A program made the translations under genes and the position numbers. A stretch of 64,000 nt of DNA. Source: Fimbriosthenelais zetlandica (taxonomy: Eukaryota). The stretch spans positions 17,608,001 through 17,672,000 of the forward strand of contig OZ365112.1 of assembly GCA_977030845.1 (NCBI GenBank), given 5' to 3'. Each line of letters starts with the position of its first letter. The stretch's first letter is position 1. Below are positions 1-11,802 of the stretch, piece after piece. The notes beneath the pieces are model-generated. The model was not told the origin of the DNA and made no database searches. It worked only from the letters and a program-made list of their open reading frames with translations.

Positions 1-73
1 TGTATATAACATGTATGCTACATTATTAAGCATATCTAAACATAACCATTTTTTGTTTCCTTGGTATTAACAG

Positions 74-436
74 ACGGGCAGACGACAGGCTAGCCTGACG
101 TTAGAACTCTTCTCTAAAGTTGTCAGTCATGGCGACCTGACTAATCCGGATATGGCGGCGCTGGCTGCCAACCTCTGGGGCTATCTCCAGAAGAACGGCC
201 AAGTGGACAATAAATATAGGGTCAGTATATACTGCTCGGGTGTTTATGTTCCTATATCAATATAGAAATATAAATGATTGAATTTTCGCCCTCTTTATTC
301 ATTTTCCATAGTAATATAACTGATAATCTCTTTTCAGACCAGAACATTGGAGTATTTACGGAAGCGAGGAAGGAACCCTGAAGGTAAAGCCTTTGCTGAA
401 TTAGCCGTCAACCTCCCACTTCAGTCAAGGGCTTGA
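74..436 (+). CDS. Last two coding exons (74-220, 338-436) of an unidentified gene entering from the left edge
   Basis: cag|ACG...AGG|gtcagt and tttcag|ACC...TGA join in phase 0 to give TGRRQASLTLELFSKVVSHGDLTNPDMAALAANLWGYLQKNGQVDNKYR/TRTLEYLRKRGRNPEGKAFAELAVNLPLQSRA*. No family recognised. Confidence 0.6.
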
Positions 437-1173
437 CCTGTCACCCACATCACCTGAAATGAACTTAACATTATTGGTGCTCTCAATATCGGACAAAGGG
501 ACGATTCACAGCCTTGTCCGCCATGGAAGAATCTGGTTTGATATGAAATTAGATTAAATATTAACCTGTACTTCCTGCTTCAATTTACTTCAACGAGGCC
601 TTCTCCAAGCTCTATAATACCGGGTAAGAATAGTTTCTTTCAGTTCCAGTTATGTTAACATGATTGTCACTTGTATTATATATATCGCGTTAAGTATATA
701 ATTGTGCTAAAAATCGCCCTACCCTCTGATGGCTGGACATCAGATATTATCCTGGTTGCTTCCAACCAAATTGTTAGGCTCATCTAGCTCATTTGGTTTA
801 GATGAAATAAAAGTCAACCAATGTCATGTATATCAGTGCTTTGTCATATTGCCCTGGTTAATCATGTAACTGGTGAATATGATTGATTTCCAAGCGACAG
901 TTGTATGTTAATGAACCCGTCGCGCTATGATAGCGTATCTGTGACATTGATAAAATATGGACTGATAATAGGAAACTCATTGGCAGAAGGACCAAGGACA
1001 TACCTTTCTGCCGATAACAACCAATGACCTCATAATGCCGGATGTATTTAAACAGGAGATTCTACATCCATAAGGACATATTGTGGGTCGTTTCTAAGGA
1101 CATACACCTCGTAGCACGCAATCTCTTGGGAATTTGATCATTCTTACAGGATTTTAATAATATACCATAAATC

Positions 1174-2649
1174 ATGAAGGATTCATATGAACAGGAGTCT
1201 TCTCAAACGGTGGAAACTGAAACTGATCAGTTCCACATGGAAACTTTGATCGAGACGCCTCCATTATCTCAGTCATCACCACCCACACTCACTTGGCGGG
1301 AGTTGATCACATGTGCTATAGCTACTCTAGCACCTTTTACATTAGGCTTATGCATGGGCTACTCCTCCCCGGCCAATCCCGATTTAATCAAGAATTCTGT
1401 ATTGACTGAAAATCAGTGTTCATGGTTCAGTGCTTTGCTGGCAGTAGGTGGTGTGGTCGGTGGACCATTGGCAGGCTTATTAGTGGAGAAAACCGGGAGA
1501 AAGACTACACTAATACTCAATTATTTGCCATTCGTGTTTGGCTGGTTGTTGATAGCAGTAACCCAAAATCCGTATGTGATATATACTGGAAGGATTCTGA
1601 GTGGGATAGGAGTTGGAATGACGTGTCTTAGTTACCCTCTCTATTTAGCTGAAGTGGCACCGAAGGAGAAGCGAGGTGCTTTAGGCGGAGGGATGGAGTT
1701 AGGCTCAACCACAGGTGTGCTCACTGTGTATACCGTGGGTCTTTGGTTGAATTGGAGGTGGTTGGCTGTTTTCTCTGCTACTTTCCCATGCCTCTCTGTT
1801 TTCGCCATGTTTTTGCTTCCTGAAAGTCCAAGATGGCTGCTAATGAAGCAGAGGAGGGAGGAAAGTTTGAAGGCTCTCTCGTGGTTAAGGAAAGGAAAAA
1901 GTTCCAAATCAATAGAATCAGAACATGCTGAGATGGAAGAATCCATAAAGGAACAGAATTGCTCTGAAGCATTCCCCTGGTGTCATCTAGTGACAGTCCG
2001 ATCTCTGCGGACTCCCTTCATTTTGAGCCTTAACTTGCTGGTTTTACAGCAGTTATGTGGAATCAATTCCGTGAGCTTCTACACTGAATCAATATTCATC
2101 AGTTCAGGCTATGGGGGAGGTGCTGGGATTCCTGCAGTCATAGTCTCATCTATGAAGGTGGCCATCACGTTATGTATGATTACTATAATAGACAGGGCCG
2201 GAAGAAAAACTCTTTTCATCATAGGTGGGATAGGGATGGGGATAGGCTCGACTGCACTCGGAGTCTATTACTATTTCAATATCCACATGCCCTCCGCGAC
2301 AACTGGTCTAAGCTGGATTTCTCTAGCAGGTCTGATCGTTTATGTCGTCAGTTTCTCTCTAGGCTGGGGAGTTATACCATGGATGATCATGTCTGAAGTG
2401 CTCCCTGGCAGAGCCCGTGGTCGAGCCAGCAGTCTGCTTACTGCCATCAACTGGGCCTCATGTTTCCTAGTCACCAGAACTTTCCACCCTCTCCAGCATC
2501 TCATCCTACCTTATGGTGTCTTCTGGGCCTATGCTGCCATCAGTTTTCTTGGCACAGCCTATGCTATGTTCTGTATGGTGGAAACAAAAGGCAAATCTTT
2601 GGAGGAAATTGAACGGACCTTTCAACGTGGGAGTGCTTCCTGTTGTTGA
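1174..2649 (+). CDS. MFS sugar porter, GLUT6/GLUT8 (SLC2A8)/Tret1-like facilitated sugar transporter; single coding exon, 491 aa
   Basis: About 12 hydrophobic segments plus sugar-porter signatures: GRK loop (EKTGRK), YLAEVAP..RGALG, PESPRWL, QQLCGINSV, DRAGRK, PWMIMSEVLP..RG and VETKGKSLEEIE. Confidence 0.93.
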   Translation: MKDSYEQESSQTVETETDQFHMETLIETPPLSQSSPPTLTWRELITCAIATLAPFTLGLCMGYSSPANPDLIKNSVLTENQCSWFSALLAVGGVVGGPLAGLLVEKTGRKTTLILNYLPFVFGWLLIAVTQNPYVIYTGRILSGIGVGMTCLSYPLYLAEVAPKEKRGALGGGMELGSTTGVLTVYTVGLWLNWRWLAVFSATFPCLSVFAMFLLPESPRWLLMKQRREESLKALSWLRKGKSSKSIESEHAEMEESIKEQNCSEAFPWCHLVTVRSLRTPFILSLNLLVLQQLCGINSVSFYTESIFISSGYGGGAGIPAVIVSSMKVAITLCMITIIDRAGRKTLFIIGGIGMGIGSTALGVYYYFNIHMPSATTGLSWISLAGLIVYVVSFSLGWGVIPWMIMSEVLPGRARGRASSLLTAINWASCFLVTRTFHPLQHLILPYGVFWAYAAISFLGTAYAMFCMVETKGKSLEEIERTFQRGSASCC

Positions 2650-3008
2650 AGTAGAAGGAGAGAAGTGAGAACAAGATGGATCCATCGACTGACAGATATT
2701 AATCCAGATATCACCAGTAAACTCATTCCAGAGATCTCCAAAAAGTGGATGAATGTAAGGAGATCGAAATAGTTAAATATTTATTGGAGATGGTACCACG
2801 ATACATTCATGTAGTGACAGGAACTATAAGGTTCTAGTGGTATCACATTTTATATCACAAGTGGCCTCCATTGGGAAATATACCCTTTTTAACCTTATAT
2901 GCTTTTGTGGACAAAACGAACTGTAAGAAAATGTTCTCAATGAATATTGAGATGAACAAAGACTAAGCCACCGAAGCATGTTCGTTGCATGTCTTGTCTT
3001 GAGAATGT

Positions 3009-6000
3009 TCAGTACCCCATTGTTGTCTGCATCCACTGCAATAAAGCAATTGCATAGAGTAATTACAATTACCGATCAAATCAAACACAACTTTGATATT
3101 GGAAAATGGAGTTGGGTATTGGAATGCTTACATCATCCATGTCGATTTTGGCTTCCCCTGGAGAATCTTTACTGTACTCTTTGAATGCAGCTGAAATATG
3201 AAATATATTTTATAAAATTCAAATAATATTTCTGCTTTTAAATATCAAGAAATGTTCATTCATAAGAGATATGTTAACTTACTAATCATTGTAATGGTTT
3301 TAGAGAGACATAGAACAAAATCCTCAAAGAAAAGCGTCCTGTCTTTTCCTCCAAACCTAACGGCGAGTGTCACGATGGTTCGGAAACTAAGGACATACCC
3401 TGAAAATAGAAGATTTACTGTGATTAAGTTCCTGACCTAGACGAAAAAGGACTTTGTCGATGTACAAATGTACCATTAATGAACACCCACCAATTTGCTT
3501 GAAAACGTGCCTCAGTTCCCAAGTTTCAATGCATCCAGAATGATCCTTGTCGAATTTCAGAAAGAGTTTCTGTGAAAAACAAATCATTATTAATTGTATA
3601 TATGCGGACGATTATACAATTAATCTTCAATCGCATTTATATGTAAAACATGGAACTTAATTTATACCTCAAACCTCCACGTACCTTCCAAAACAATACT
3701 TCATCCCAGAGTTTTGCGGTCTCCTCAAAATCCAAGACACCCCTCCTTCGATTCTTGCAGGAAATTAAGGTGTCTAACTGTTTTGTAACAAACAGGAAGA
3801 AAGATTTCCAGGAAAGATTCATACTTTCAAGCAATCAAACTACTTCATGGTAAGAACTTCATTAGTATGATATTGATAAGGATACGTCTGTCAAAGCAAT
3901 GGCAATGAGTGTCCTGCAAGCCTCCACACTGAAAGATAACGTCTCTCCGAATTCTGTGGATAAAAGTACTCCCATTAAACATTTCAGGAACAAAAAAAAT
4001 ATCTCGAAATGAGCTACAAATTAAACAATTTTGAGGATCTCACCTTTCTTACAGAGAATGTTGAGCATATCTCTGAGATCTCTGGCATCAATCACATTGT
4101 CCTCACCAGCAAACTCAGCATACATCTCGGACGAGATTGTTCCTATAGGTTTCATCAGAGCCTGCAGGCAAATTCATAGAGTATAGAGCTGAAGGAGCAT
4201 GGCTATTTATAAAAGTGATTAGCTAAAGTGAATTATAGAAAAGCTTAAGGTGCATGACTATATCATCAAGTCTACCTTTTCGTCTATCTCTGGTTCTATT
4301 GGCCCTGTGTCTTCTGTGATTTCTCTGCAATAAACAAGTACATTGGAATCAGTTACGAGATGCATGACTATTATGTTACTTGAGAATCTTTCAGTAGCTT
4401 ATTCTGCTATAAGATAGGGGTGGAGATTGAATATATGATGCATTAAGAAAGTATCCTGTAGGGCGACCCTCCCTGAAACTATACCTGGACTATAGGCAAT
4501 GTGTCACTTACTCTGAATCTACAGGAGAGAAAGTGAAAGCTCTGAGGAGGAATTCACCTTCCTGACCAGCCCGGAAAGTATTGGGGATAATGACATAAGT
4601 TCCAGGATCCAGTTGGAGTCGTGACGTCAGTTCCCGTACTGCTGTTCGACTTGTGAACTTCCTTTTCAAGACAGTCTTCTCTGCAAACGAGATACTGTCA
4701 AAAGATTCAGCTTTTCCGCTCCTGACCTGATAATTTACAATCAAAAGACATTTCATTGAATTAGAATATACCTGATATATGTATATTTCCCTTCAACACA
4801 TGTGGAATCAGGTCTTCAGTTGAAGGAAGAGAATAGAGCGTGCGTATTTGACATACAAACGGATGAGGATAATGAACTTTTACAAGGAGAATAAGCCTGC
4901 CTACCAGATGTATATCATATCCCACTATGAGCCTTTTCAGACTGGGAGTTGTCCGTCTTTTCCGATAGTCCTTCAGTAAGAGAGATACAATCAAGGTACA
5001 TTCGCCTGTGATATTCAAATCATCTTTGTCCGGATCTTTCAGCGTTACGAAGTATTGTGGGTTCTTAAAATATAACTCTGAAAGAATGGATTGCAATGAA
5101 TGTACACACTGCGTGCTATACTGTACACTTATAAGCTGGAGTTCAGTCTGGCAAAATTCCTCAAGGCTTGTCAACAGTTCAGTTTTTTACCTTCAGACGA
5201 TGTGAGACCATTGCCCCCAGCGTTCACACCTTTCACCCACTGACCATGGTGTTCAGCACAGTGCCATTTTATAGCGGACTAGTTTTGGGAGAGCGAAAAG
5301 ATATGAAAGATAAATGAAAAGTTATATAGATTATAGATGCATATTATATTAAATCTTTCCTTATGATATCACCATGGATGCATATGGTGATATCATATAG
5401 GCCTATATGATGCATTAATTGTATCAATATAATTAGAAACTCTCAATCTTGTGAGACTCACCTCGGGAAAACCAAGTCTGGCACAGGATTCTGGACCAAG
5501 GTGGACGATGTCTAATATATTGAAGTTCTTTTTCATATCGTCAAATGTCATCCTTACACAAAATATATAATATACATTGTAACAGATATATGGGCTTTAG
5601 TTACAGGTAAAATCTGGTCAAATTCAAAATGGCATGGCGTCTTACCAGAATTCACCATCATCTTCGATAACCATTTGTATTTCCTGCTTCACTTCTTCTG
5701 ATACTGCCTTCCATTCATCAGAACTTTATTGAAACACAATAACATTATAACATTATGATATAAAACAGGATAATCACCTTCCCCTTCCCCTATAGGGTAC
5801 ATACATATTGCCAAAGGCCTTAAATATATTCGTCCACACTCATTAAAGAGGAGTTATGAACTTTATTTCACAAATGACTTGATTTTCATCAAATAAAACC
5901 TACTCATCACTCCATGGACCTCTCCATTCAGATTTTCCCCAAGGATTTCTGAGTCGGATCAGCTTCATCGCCCAACCTTGGATTCTTGTCTGGTCATAGT

Positions 6001-9000
6001 GAAAAGAGGAGAATGATTTCATTCATGCTAATTCATTCATCTTAAAGGTTCAATCTTCTGTCATGGTCTCATGCCTATATCTCTTGGCTCACCTCTAACA
6101 CTCCTGTAATACTGTAGGCGTGACCTTTATATAACCCATTCCACATTTCTTCTTCGCTTGTCGTCCCCGCATCATTCTGGGAGAGAATAAATCCAAACAA
6201 TGTATACATACGGTATATCCTTCTACAGTATCTCTAAAACAAATAAGTTTAATACAGCCATATTTTAAAAAGATTTAGATCAAGCTTTACCCATATAGCA
6301 GCTCCCATAAGAGATCCATTCTCATGGGACTGTTTGACAATGTCGAAGAGATTGTCTGGGAGCTTTTCTTCTCGCTTGAAGTTGTAGAATTCAGATATTC
6401 CCCCAGTGAAATCCACCAAAGCATCGCGGATAAAGCCACTGGCAATGGCTCCATAACTTCCATGTAACCTGGTGGGTAGATCAAACAATTGTTACCCTTG
6501 GATATGATGCACAGTGAAAGTGTACGGAATTGACTGAACGTCATCCATCGCTTGCTGTACTATATGTCACCTAATAATCTAATTGAAGAGGACCAAAAAG
6601 ACTTTACTTGGCATAGGCCTTCTCCAGCAGAGGACCCCAAAACTCGTTTTCCTGCTTTCTGTTGCGCAGGAAGCGAAGCTCACCCTCCGCAGTAACAGGC
6701 AGGCGATCATCAACCACCACTTCTTCCCACTCACCAAATCTCCAGAAATTGAAACGGAATGCCCCTGTAGAGAGACATGCCAGATAATTTACCATTGGAA
6801 CTTTAGTGAATGGTAATTACTGTCCCTGTTGAGTTCTGTAATAGATTCTTACCGCAATACTCGTGTATAAATTCCTGATTAGGAGGCACAACTTGATTAA
6901 ATAGTTCAGGCTTCGTGGCCAGCACAGCAGCTGAGGCAATGAACCAGCAATCACCTGTCAGTCAACAGAAAGAGTTATATAAGGCATAGTGAGCCCAGGA
7001 AAGTCAGCAAATACTAATGAGATATTGAAAATGGAGTTGGAAGACCCCTGCATCACATTTATGACAAGAACTGGCAAAACTAACTACAAACCTGAGGAAA
7101 TCTTTATATAATTATGGTAACTCGATTGTACAGATTGTTGAAATATAATACATTGTATAAGAAGTCATACCGAGAGGTTATTAACATTAGGGGCCGTCCA
7201 TATAGTATGTAACGCCATTTTAGGCCATTTCCAAAACCCCCCCACCCCCCTGTAACGTTTTGTCACACTTTCGCGACAACCCCCCCTATTAATTACGTAA
7301 CGCGGGAAGGAAGACCCCCCCCCCCATGTAAATCCCCAGCCCCCATGAACATAGGCTATGTTTTTATAATTCCTATAATTTTGTATCATGGTGAAATCAA
7401 ATGATATAGGTTTCAAGATAAATTTTCAACTTGTAAACATCAAAGAATTTTTAAACAAAAATGATTAGACATGTGATATGGTGTACAGATGTAAATACAT
7501 CTCTGCTTCAAATTAGACTTTTATTGGGTACCCAGGGTCGGTTTCCCAACGGTTTTCAGGCGCAATCAAAAGATCAAAAAAGGATGTTAATTAACATAAT
7601 GTGTCTGTTGTGTAAGAGATATAATATATACAGACAGCTACTTGAAGCCCTAAAGTGAATGGAAAGGTTTTTATGAAGAAATTAAGTAAAATATATTAAA
7701 GCTAAAATAAATGCCACTTTTTTAAATCTATGATTATTGATCCATGATTGGGGGGTGGAGATAAATCTCGAACTTAATTTTGACCAAGATGAGAAGAGCT
7801 TTGATAGTTTCTTGAGGACAATTCCAATGCATTCTTGTATTTGAGCCTGTGTAGCCTAAGTTCCTCAACATTCTTCCCGTCTTTCTTAATCTTAATCTTT
7901 GACCAAACTTCGGCCATTTCGAGTTGGAATTCGTTTCTATTTTGCTCTGGTAGACTGCTTTATAAGCTGCGATAATATGAGAATGTAATTTCATTTCCTT
8001 TTCCTTGGTAAGGAAGTGCTACAAATATAATGTGGCCGCCCCTTCTGTACCAGAAAGGTCGAAGCATTATCTGACTTTCTACATCAAAGGAAGGTGATGT
8101 GCGAAAGGGGTCGGTTCATTGTCTTTCAGTTTAAAGTGTTAAACATTTATTGTTGGCTTTTATATATATCTCTGATGTTATAAGATGAGAGGGGATCGTT
8201 TTGACCAAGGCGATTATCTTTTCACACATATGTAACATTATATGGAGATAAACAAGTGCGACTTCCATTCAAATATGAATACCACGTGTTTTTAATGACC
8301 AGACCTGTTCGTCGTGAAGGGGATTGAGGGCCAAGATACCTGACCACTGGCCGCGTTATGTCACGCCTGGCAAAAGACCCCCCCACTCCCTTGTCACGTT
8401 TCGTAACGCTCATGGGAACACCCACCCACCCCCAGGAGCGTTACGTACTATATGGACGGCCCCTTATAGAAACAAACGATAGTAAATTATAAAACCAGAT
8501 AAGCTATAGAGCACAGCAGCTGAGCTACAGCACAGTTGTAGTCATACATGCACGAACTACAAGACTAAAAATATTTAATGTTTAGTTAATTATAATATGT
8601 CCAGTAAGAGAAGATTATTTGCATAGAAGAAAGTTGACTTCCATTGATTCGAATGAAACCTTGAAAGCCAAAAATTGCTACCCTGGCAATACACAGGAAA
8701 ATACATGAAGCTTATAGAACATTCCCTTTTGCTACGCCAGTTAGCTATAAAGGACTATGTGATAGTAGTGAAGTGGTAAGATAAACATAAGGAAAACTTA
8801 CCTTTTTTATCTCCTTCATAAAGTGTGATAAATGAAATGTCAATTTTACAGAGATATAGACTGTGTTCTTGATTATCACACAATCATTTCCAATAAGACA
8901 TCTCAATGAGAAAATATGCTCTTTTATATCATGGACATTCTAATATATAATATCATGGACAATAATAATCAAATTAAATTGGCTTGGATAAAGCGAAAGG

Positions 9001-9341
9001 GATAAGAGGACATAGGACTGACCTAATTCTCCCTGGCCCAAATCCAACCTGCTTGCACCTTCCACCAGGAACTTCGGAGGTTTCTTGAATATTTCCTTTA
9101 AAAAAGATTGCCAGATGATACATATCTATGTTTGTTTATAAATGGGAAGAATGAAGCGATGCAGCATTCTAATTCATAGATAATGATATATCATGTCACT
9201 CACCCGGGGCCTCTTCCACAGCCAATCTTCAGGATCATGAAAACTGGGAAATATTGATTCACTGCTGCAGGGGAAATCTGGATCCTCCCATAGCTGCCTC
9301 TTCTCCATACATTCATCCTTGATTTCTTGGAAGGTAGGCAT
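3009..9341 (-). CDS. Classical calpain (CysPc + C2-like/CBSW + penta-EF-hand), multi-exon
   Basis: Exon 9204-9341 gives MPTFQEIKDECMEKRQLWEDPDFP..WKRPR; 9023-9095 gives GASRLDLGQGELG; 6853-6954 gives DCWF (catalytic Cys). Further exons give FWRFGEWEEVVVDDRLP, EFWGPLLEKAYAK, GHAYSIT (His), LRNPWG (Asn), DDGEFW, NPQY, LDPGTYVIIPNTF and EF-hand DKDHSGCIETWE. The last exon 3009-3035 gives WMQTTMGY*. Confidence 0.93.
3754..3885 (-). other. U12-type (minor spliceosome) GT-AG intron in the calpain PEF domain
   Basis: 5' splice site GTATCCTT, branch site ACCTTAAT about 11 nt before the AG, no polypyrimidine tract. Removing it joins IALTD|NRRRG in frame. Confidence 0.85.
7190..8463. mobile_element. 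Non-autonomous PIF/Harbinger-type DNA transposon (MITE-like, 1274 bp) in calpain intron 2
   Basis: 26-bp TIRs GGGGCCGTCCATATAGTA(T/C)GTAACGC at 7190-7215 and 8438-8463 (25/26 identical), flanked by TTA at 7187-7189 and 8464-8466. A 3-bp TWA TSD is typical of PIF/Harbinger. No transposase ORF recognised. Confidence 0.8.
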
Positions 9342-10524
9342 TTTGATTCCTGATTGCTATCCCTTTCTTAATGTGTTCCGAATGACTGAAGGAGGCCTCA
9401 TCACCATGAATTCATCTATATGAAAATTACATGCATTGTTATTGGAACTTGAGACTTGAGGATACAATCTCCGTCTAGGTTGACGATGTAGTTTTCTCGT
9501 TATAATGATTTGCTACTGATTACAAACATTACCTACCTCCAGCCTCTGTGTGAGTAACTGCTGAAATGTAGATATCCACCGCATCGACCAAGTCAAGAGA
9601 ACTTGGGGGTGTGGCAGCTACTAAACGCTGGCATACGTTTCCATCTCACTTGGTGGCTAGCTCTCACACAGAGAGAAAGAAAGAACTAGCTGAACTAGAG
9701 ATATAAACTGGTGGTATAGATTCAGTGAGCAGCTCTCGTTATCATAGACCTGCGGGGTAGCCTATATTCCTACTTCAGGCAAGAGCTCCTCATGACAGGA
9801 AGGTGGGCGGGGTATACTCTGACGCGTGGCTACTTTCCGTGAATGTTGTAAAACAAAGTAAAAGGTAGAAGACAACAGTGAAGATAACCCAGGTGATAAA
9901 CTATGTACCCCTTTCACTCACATTGCACAGGAGTAGTAGCCTAGGCCTCCAGCAGCCAGAGAGGTAATAGGTTTGCGTTAGACTCCAAGCATACAATTCG
10001 TGATTCAGACCTAAAATCTGAATCTGGATTCTGTACTTATGAATTTATATAACATTCCCTTCGATCTCCAATGGTGATTTGTATAAATTAATTCATTCAT
10101 TTACCATGTCCGCTGGAAAATCGGAGAAGAAATAATCTTGGTGGTTTGGAAGAGCACGGCGGCAGCAAGGCTAAATTTCCCCAATCATGTAACTCTACTC
10201 CGCTCCTAGGAATTCAGACTGTAGTGGCTGGGTGTCAAGATCTAGACCAAGCAGCTCGTTGTAGGGGGTATAATATAGAAATACTGCTAATATAAGCAAT
10301 ATACTGCTATTATAATAGTCATATTTCTGTCGCCTGGGGTACACCTGCACCCCTGAAGATATACTCAGAAGCTGAACCGATGATGCATCTATGTAGTTGG
10401 CACGCTGGCTTTTTCAAGATTACATTTCTAGTAGAGCTACAAATTAAGAATGTTCATAGTCCTTATAATGAATGCAAATTTAGGCATTTTTCACATTTTG
10501 AGGGTTACATAGAAATACATGTAC

Positions 10525-11390
10525 ATGTATATAACTTTTCTACTAAGTTGTAAAGGTTCCTCTTATGTACACTGAAGAGTTACTCATTCTATGCTATACA
10601 CTAGATGTTGAAAGGTTAGTATACCAGCCAGCTATGGGTGCTACATATATTCTGATTTCCACACAAAAATAGCATCTCATAAAGAAAAATGGCATACTGC
10701 AACCACCTGAGATACAAAGTTAAGGAAAGGGAGAGAGAGAAGGATGCAAAAGAAGTGCTAAGAGACTTTGAACACCCAGCCCGCCTCCCTATTCACACTT
10801 ATCATCCTATATCTAACCATATATCGGACTTCTTCGCCAGTTTAATCTCTTACCTACATCAGCCTCTCAAAACTCTTAGCTTACATAGCTCTTCAATACT
10901 TGTTCATGTTCATGTTCTTGTTCTTGTTATATCATGCTACTCCATTATTACCTGGTAGTCAGCTTACCTTTTGTTAGATAAGAACACCTAATTACTCACC
11001 TTTACATCAAAAGTAATCTTTTCAACATAAAATCTTCTTCTTGTAGTAAGGTGGTATATATATTCAACCTTTTATTCAACTCAGGTGTTTTATCTTTCAA
11101 GGCCAAACATATTAAAACTCAATTTCTAAAGTCTGTGTTTTGTTATAATGTATATAACTTTTCTACTAAGTTGTAAAGGTTCCTCTTATGTACACTGAAG
11201 AGTTACTCATTCTATGCTATACACTAGATGTTGAAAGGTTAGTATACCAGCCAGCTATGGGTGCTACATATATTCTGATTTCCACACAAAAATAGCATCT
11301 CATAAAGAAAAATGGCATACTGCAACCACCTGAGATACAAAGTTAAGGAAAGGGAGAGAGAGAAGGATGCAAAAGAAGTGCTAAGAGACT
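10525..11390. repeat. 243-bp exact direct repeat (10525-10767 and 11148-11390) separated by a 380-bp spacer
   Basis: ATGTATATAACTTTTCTACTAAG...GTGCTAAGAGACT occurs twice at an offset of 623; I saw no mismatches. Confidence 0.92.
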
Positions 11391-11802
11391 GAGACAGGAG
11401 CAGCTGGGCAAGGAGCAGAAGAAAAGTTGGAAAAGTGACAAGAATCTAGTTATTTTGAATTCTAACACATATATAACCTGACACAACGTCGACAGGATTA
11501 ATCGAGTGGATTAACTCAGAAGATTGGGTGACCTATTCATTATTTACATTATCAATTCCTCACTTAATAGTTCATGAGCGGAAATCCCTTTGAAATACAG
11601 TATTGTCCTGACAATTGTGGACACAAACACAATATTATGATACATTATATATATACCTGGTACTTATTACTTGGACTGGGAATTAATTACATTCTAAGCC
11701 TCAGTTTGGCAGCACTTTTCAAGTTATAAGCCTGTTCTTATATATATATATGAACTACTAGTATGTGTATTATGTTCTATACCTTAAGCATAATACACAT
11801 TT

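Noticed and set aside
10768-10920. Minus-strand GGGLGV peptide in the spacer of the direct repeat, reminiscent of non-LTR RT
   Set aside because: Surrounded by several stop codons with no second RT motif; too short to support.
10525-11390. LTR/TRIM retroelement interpretation of the 243-bp repeats
   Set aside because: No CA 3' end, no 4-6 bp TSD, and no PBS or PPT recognised.
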